A stretch of DNA of 64,000 nt from the NCBI GenBank assembly GCA_001563335.1, contig LRSL01000069.1, forward strand, positions 96,001 to 160,000. The letters are read 5' to 3'. Position 1 is the stretch's first letter. Each line of letters opens with the position of its first letter. Below are positions 59,288-64,000 of the stretch, one piece after another. The translations under genes and the position numbers were made by a program. This stretch comes from Candidatus Thorarchaeota archaeon SMTZ1-45. Lineage in GTDB: Archaea > Asgardarchaeota > Thorarchaeia > Thorarchaeales > Thorarchaeaceae. The notes beneath the pieces are model-generated. The model did no database searches and was not told the DNA's origin. It saw only the letters and a program-made list of their open reading frames with translations.

Positions 59288-61444
59288 CTATATACTACTC
59301 AATAACTCCTCTATCGATTCTATGACAGATTTCGGATCTACTACTCTATCACCATCCATCACCATAGGATAGTGTTTTGAATAAAGTTCTAGACATTTTC
59401 CTAGAACAATCACAAACATATCCGCAGAACTTGGTGCTTCTCCATTGTCTTGTAATTGAGTTATTGTCCTTGTGATAGAACGTTTGATCGATTTCTTGAT
59501 CGATTTCCATGATTTTGGCCCAGTTTCTTCATTTCTTTTTCTACAGACAAAAATCATGTCATATACTATATTCTCCAAATCATGGAGGTGCGTTGAAGTT
59601 TTCATTTCACTCCGTACTGGATACGTGGTCGTCACATAGAATCCAGAGTCCAATATTGTCCTAAATATTGCATCCCATGCTTCCTGTTTCTTATGATGAA
59701 AGGTGAAAACCAAAATTCCATCATTGGATAATACTCTCTTGGATTCTGTAAACACCTTGGTCAAACCCTGGATGAACTCATCTCTTCCTTTACCTTGATA
59801 CCGATTCTCTATCACCTCGTCATCTGTTGGTACAAGTGAATCATTGAAAATCTCATAGCGTTCCTTCAAAGCGAGTCTTAACCAGACATAGAAGAAGTTG
59901 GATAGTTCTGAATACATTACATTTCCATAATATGGGGGATCAGTTACAACAACATCCACAACTCCATCTGGAATCTCAAGTTGTTCAGATGAGCCACATC
60001 TCAATATGATATCCCCAGTCCTTACTAAATTATTGTAATTTTCAACCAATTTTGACGGATTTTTGGGTCCAAGCTGTATTTTTCTCATTGATTTTCCATC
60101 AAGAAATCTTTCAAAGGGGTTCCTACAGTATTCTTTCCCCTCAACTATAAGATTAACAAAAGCGGTGAACGCTCCTCTCCCCTTTGTGGTATCATAACAA
60201 TTCGCCTCAACAGGTGAAATTGAAGGAGAAAATGAATGAGTACGAAAGATATCTGTAATGAATCCCCTCGTTGCGTTATATTTTGCAAACATATTGTTGT
60301 ATTTCAAACTGTTAGAGAATGCTAGGACAAAGAACTCTTTTAGATTCCAATCCTCAATTTCTAGAATCCAACGGTAGATCTTTCCTAGGTTCAATAATTG
60401 CCTTGGACCAAACATGTCACGAAATTTTTTGTATCCATGATTCAATGCACGCTTTGTTTCCACACCACTTGGAATCAGTATGTCTGGAATTGGCAAATCT
60501 TGAGCAATAACTTTATACTCTCTACTTGCATTTGCTAGAATTTCTATATCTCTTTCATCTGGTGCTTTGTATCCTCTACCATTCATCAATTTCTTGTTTT
60601 CTGAATCATCACAGTGTTTGCAATAGAATTCAATAGCATACATTCTTTCCTCAAACTTGCCAAATTCTTTAGCGAATTCCACTATTTTCTCACTTTGACC
60701 ACAATCAGTGTCTGAACATTTGTATGAACGTCCCTTTGAGAACGAAGTCTTTGCTGGTATGAATATTTCATCACATTTTGTGCATTTGGTCATTTTTTTA
60801 GCATTTTTCGACTCAAAGATATTCCAACATGTCGGACAGATAGCGATATCACCTGTTCCAGCCGGGTTTTTAGCAAGGAAAAAATTACGCATCAAAGGAA
60901 TTTCTTTTGCGCATTTAGTACATGAGCTCACTTTGTAGTAGAAATAATAGATTGCCTCAGCTGTTTTCCCACACTCAGGACATATTGTCTGGTAGTATTG
61001 CCTGAGTTCTGATCCTAAATCGTCATCAAGTTTCTGAAGAGTTTGAATAAGGAGTTCTGGATTAATATCATCTACTTGTTTTTTCACTAGAAACCATGAT
61101 ACAGGATTGATATCTCCTGCAATCACCTTACAACCTAGTTTTAGAGCTTCAATAACAGTAGTCCCGCCCCCCATCATTGGGTCTAACACAATTTTACCGT
61201 CCAGATTTACATCTCTTCTGAAGAACTCCCAGAGACTACTCGGTCTTCCGTCCCACCCATCAAGACTTTCTCCTGCAAGAGAGTAGAGAAGAATTGTTCT
61301 AAATACTGAACCAAGTCGTCGTGCCCACCATTTATGCATTACATAGACTGGTCTGTAATGTCTTCTGCCAAAACCAGTTGATTCCTTCTCAGCAATTGCA
61401 TTGACCTTGGCTATTGGAAAGGTGAACTCAATCGGACGTTTCAG
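59288..61444 (-). CDS. DUF1156-type adenine-specific DNA methyltransferase with zinc-ribbon insert
   Basis: HKWWARRLG, DPMMGGG, TDPPYY, FTFHHK, multiple CxxC; frame extends to CTG at 61444 with a GGAGG SD. Confidence 0.88.
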   Translation of the reverse strand: MKRPIEFTFPIAKVNAIAEKESTGFGRRHYRPVYVMHKWWARRLGSVFRTILLYSLAGESLDGWDGRPSSLWEFFRRDVNLDGKIVLDPMMGGGTTVIEALKLGCKVIAGDINPVSWFLVKKQVDDINPELLIQTLQKLDDDLGSELRQYYQTICPECGKTAEAIYYFYYKVSSCTKCAKEIPLMRNFFLAKNPAGTGDIAICPTCWNIFESKNAKKMTKCTKCDEIFIPAKTSFSKGRSYKCSDTDCGQSEKIVEFAKEFGKFEERMYAIEFYCKHCDDSENKKLMNGRGYKAPDERDIEILANASREYKVIAQDLPIPDILIPSGVETKRALNHGYKKFRDMFGPRQLLNLGKIYRWILEIEDWNLKEFFVLAFSNSLKYNNMFAKYNATRGFITDIFRTHSFSPSISPVEANCYDTTKGRGAFTAFVNLIVEGKEYCRNPFERFLDGKSMRKIQLGPKNPSKLVENYNNLVRTGDIILRCGSSEQLEIPDGVVDVVVTDPPYYGNVMYSELSNFFYVWLRLALKERYEIFNDSLVPTDDEVIENRYQGKGRDEFIQGLTKVFTESKRVLSNDGILVFTFHHKKQEAWDAIFRTILDSGFYVTTTYPVRSEMKTSTHLHDLENIVYDMIFVCRKRNEETGPKSWKSIKKSIKRSITRTITQLQDNGEAPSSADMFVIVLGKCLELYSKHYPMVMDGDRVVDPKSVIESIEELLSSI

Positions 61445-61553
61445 TTAGTTTAGACCTCCACTTGTACAAAGAGTATCACACCCCTTTCAACATTGCTGAA
61501 TCTTGTTCGCGGAGTAATCCTTTTATTGCTATCAGCAATGCAATCGACCTACA

Positions 61554-61630
61554 CGGGACGTAGCTCAATTTGGCAGAGCAATGGACTGTAGATCCATCGG
61601 TTGCCGGTTCAAATCCGGCCGTCCCGACCA
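61554..61630 (+). tRNA. tRNA-Tyr(GTA)
   Basis: CGGGACG/CGTCCCG-A-CCA (archaeal C1-G72); ATGGA-CT-GTA-GA-TCCAT; no intron. Confidence 0.95.
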
Positions 61631-61699
61631 TCCCTTTTCTTATAATCTTGGACTACTAAATCTCAATTCCACGCAATTTTATACTAAAGTGTACTCCTA

Positions 61700-62650
61700 T
61701 TACGAGTTGACATTGATTGAGATTTCAAGAACACGAACAAGTTCTTTGTAACGATTACGAATTGTGACTTCTGTGACTCGCGAAACATTAGCTATCTCTC
61801 TCTGAGTTCGCTTATCTTCTTCTAATATTCCAGCTATATAGAGTGCGGCCCCTGCAATTCCGCCTGGGTCCTTACCTATTGTTACAAATCTTTCTTCAGC
61901 GTTTTTGATTATTTCAGTAGCTTTTTTCACCGTTCTTCCTTTAAGAAGAAGATCTGACGACAATCTTGGAATCAAGTCCTTTGCAGAAGCCAAGGGCACA
62001 TTAATATTGACTCGAGAAACAATTAGACGAACTGCGTAACCAATCTGTTTCCTACTAACATTAGTTTCAGCCACAACTTCATCAAGTCGTCTTGGAATCC
62101 TATGAATCCGACAAGCAAGGTAGACTGATGAAGCAACTACTGATTCAATACTTCTTCCTCTTACAAGTTTCCTTGCCAGAGCTTTTCTGTACATCAATGC
62201 TGCAGTTTCTCTAGCATCACGTGGAATCCCAAGTTGTGAGGAGAGTCTCTCCATCTCACTCATTGCAATACTAAGATTTCTGTGTTGAGAGCTATGGAGC
62301 CTACTTCTGATATGCCATTTTCGCATTCTGTAGATGGCTGCGCGTGTAGTACTTTTAAGTGCCCTACCACTTGCATCCTTATTTCGCCAATCAATTACTG
62401 TTGAAAGACCCCTGTCAGATATAGTGAGAGTCATTGGTGCTCCTGTTCTAGCTCTTGCATTCCTTTCCTCTGTGGTAAATGCTCTCCACTCTGGTCCATT
62501 ATCGGTAGCATGTTCTGACACAACAAGCCCACATGAAGTACAGATATTCTCTCCACGGACATTATCCTCTGTAAACGAAGTTTCTCCGCAGCTCATACAC
62601 ACATCTCGTTTGTTTGTACTCTTCTCTTTGGCTCTAACCATATTCGTCAT
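61700..62650 (-). CDS. tfb: Transcription initiation factor IIB
   Basis: Zinc ribbon CMSC...CTSCG, GPEWRAF, RGRSIES, GKDP, VTEVTIRNRYKEL. Confidence 0.97.
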   Translation of the reverse strand: MTNMVRAKEKSTNKRDVCMSCGETSFTEDNVRGENICTSCGLVVSEHATDNGPEWRAFTTEERNARARTGAPMTLTISDRGLSTVIDWRNKDASGRALKSTTRAAIYRMRKWHIRSRLHSSQHRNLSIAMSEMERLSSQLGIPRDARETAALMYRKALARKLVRGRSIESVVASSVYLACRIHRIPRRLDEVVAETNVSRKQIGYAVRLIVSRVNINVPLASAKDLIPRLSSDLLLKGRTVKKATEIIKNAEERFVTIGKDPGGIAGAALYIAGILEEDKRTQREIANVSRVTEVTIRNRYKELVRVLEISINVNS

Positions 62651-62947
62651 GCTTTTCTCCCCCTAACCTCATTTTTCCTATTTTCTCCGATTCCAATTCC
62701 ATTGTTTGATAATTTCTCTATCATTCTCATCAGCTCTGAATTGGGTTAAGTGACAAAGAGGGACATTTCGGTTTTTTAGCGAATAACCCTGTTGTGTTGC
62801 ATTACTAAACACAAAAGCAACCTATCTGGTCAGTACAAGAAACAACCATAGATGCTCTCTACTTAATCTCTCAATCATTTTCTTATACAAATCGCTCCTT
62901 ATAAAAGAGGGCTCGTATACCATTTTTGAAGGAAATTGGTTCCAGGT

Positions 62948-63487
62948 TCAAGTCTGACATACATGGCCATTTCTTTTTTTCTTTAGAAAATCTATGAACC
63001 CTTCAACCTCCTTTTGACCTCTAAGGATGAACACACTCTTTGTTGAATTTAGGTTTTCCAAGAACCTAAAAATCACTGGTTTTCGTGTGATTGGGAAATC
63101 CCAAATCCACCTAATGAAATCTAAATCGATTTTTTCTGGACAATCGCCACCAAGATCTGGTCTAGTATGCCCTCGAAATCTAAGAAACCTAGTGAATATG
63201 CGGAGATAAGAAAGTCTTCTAGGAATGTCAATATAGATGATTGTATCTGCTGCAGTTGCACGAAGCTTGAGGGTTGATGTGTAATTTCCATCCATGATCC
63301 AAGAACTAGAACTAATTAGAGTCTTGACTTTATCTCGCCACTCATCTTTGGGCGTTTCCACCCAGTTCTGTTTCCAGTAATGTTGGTCCAAGTGAATAAT
63401 AGGAATACCAAGTATAGTACCAAGCTTCTCTCCTAAAGTTGACTTTCCCGAGCCACTAGGTCCGAGAATCAGTACTCGTTTCATCAT
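62948..63487 (-). CDS. Adenylate-kinase-like P-loop protein (FlaR/topology-modulation family)
   Basis: ILGPSGSGKSTL, HLDQHYW, WIMDGNY, ADTII, CPEKID. Confidence 0.85.
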   Translation of the reverse strand: MMKRVLILGPSGSGKSTLGEKLGTILGIPIIHLDQHYWKQNWVETPKDEWRDKVKTLISSSSWIMDGNYTSTLKLRATAADTIIYIDIPRRLSYLRIFTRFLRFRGHTRPDLGGDCPEKIDLDFIRWIWDFPITRKPVIFRFLENLNSTKSVFILRGQKEVEGFIDFLKKKRNGHVCQT

Positions 63488-63581
63488 TCAGTTATGGGAA
63501 CCAAGCTCGAATTAAGTAGTAAGGTCAAACAATATGCGAATATCAATAAGCTCGTAAGTATTGTTAAAATAAGGTGAAATA

Positions 63582-64000
63582 ATGGAAGGGCATAAGGCAA
63601 AAGTGGGGCAACCACCTGGAACGTTACTTCATACTGGGGAAAAGCTTACCAAAGAACCAATAGTCACAATCATTGATTTCAACCAGCAAGAGTTCAAAGA
63701 ACATAAGCACGCTTCTTGTGAAGATTGCATTCCATCAGAGAGGACTGATGTCATACGATGGATCCATGTTCAAGGTGTTCACGATATAGACCTAATTCAG
63801 AGAATTGGCTCCAATTTTGGGATTCATCCTCTCATCCTTGAAGATATAGTACACACTCATCAAAGACCAAAAGCAGAATCGCTTCCTGAGTCAATCTACA
63901 TAATACTTAGAGCATTTGAATATAATACCGAAGACAAGATTTTAGATTCTGAACAATTGAGCTTCCTACTTGGTAACCATTACCTATTATCATTCCAAGA
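63582..64000 (+). CDS. corA: Magnesium/cobalt transporter CorA, N-terminal part (truncated by window edge)
   Basis: KVGQPPGTL, WIHVQGVHD, FGIHPLILEDIVHTHQRPKAE, EQLSF. Confidence 0.92.
   Translation, partial: MEGHKAKVGQPPGTLLHTGEKLTKEPIVTIIDFNQQEFKEHKHASCEDCIPSERTDVIRWIHVQGVHDIDLIQRIGSNFGIHPLILEDIVHTHQRPKAESLPESIYIILRAFEYNTEDKILDSEQLSFLLGNHYLLSFQ

Noticed and set aside
62651-62947. Possible gar1 or small gene upstream of tfb
   Set aside because: No continuous frame or recognisable motif found

Overview
Archaeal chromosomal segment, most likely from an Asgard archaeon such as Thorarchaeia. This is inferred from gene content (gatDE, PAN, NAC, aMBF1, TFE, TFB, EndA, IPK) and was not confirmed by any search. 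The backbone is housekeeping: rps10, glmS, iorAB, hypF, acdA, atpD, pgk, rpiA, mtnA, corA. There are eight intact tRNA genes, five of them with BHB introns, several at non-canonical positions and one nested. The most notable signals are: (1) a probable replication origin at about 16.85-17.2 kb, with two inverted ORB boxes around an AT-rich tract, no neighbouring orc1/cdc6, four AGAACAYGTGTTCT palindromes and an adjacent Cas2/VapD-like gene; (2) an unannotated ~184-nt structured RNA candidate at 23.5-23.7 kb; (3) an ECF transporter operon whose S-component and partner phosphoesterase both carry Cys-less sulfite-oxidase-type Moco domains, a possible pterin-cofactor scavenging system; (4) a tRNA-Leu pseudogene split in its T-loop by a ~3.8-kb island (wHTH, NDT/TIR-like gene, truncated TnpB), followed by an intact copy; (5) a secretion ATPase, Flp-like pilin, membrane VirB4/HerA ATPase and VirB2-like pilin candidate at the left end; (6) an ExeA/Cdc6-like AAA+ plus RHH pair; (7) a membrane protein with Gly-Pro repeats and a WH2-like tail; (8) a SufS-like protein lacking the PLP lysine. 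All family assignments come from motif recognition by eye.
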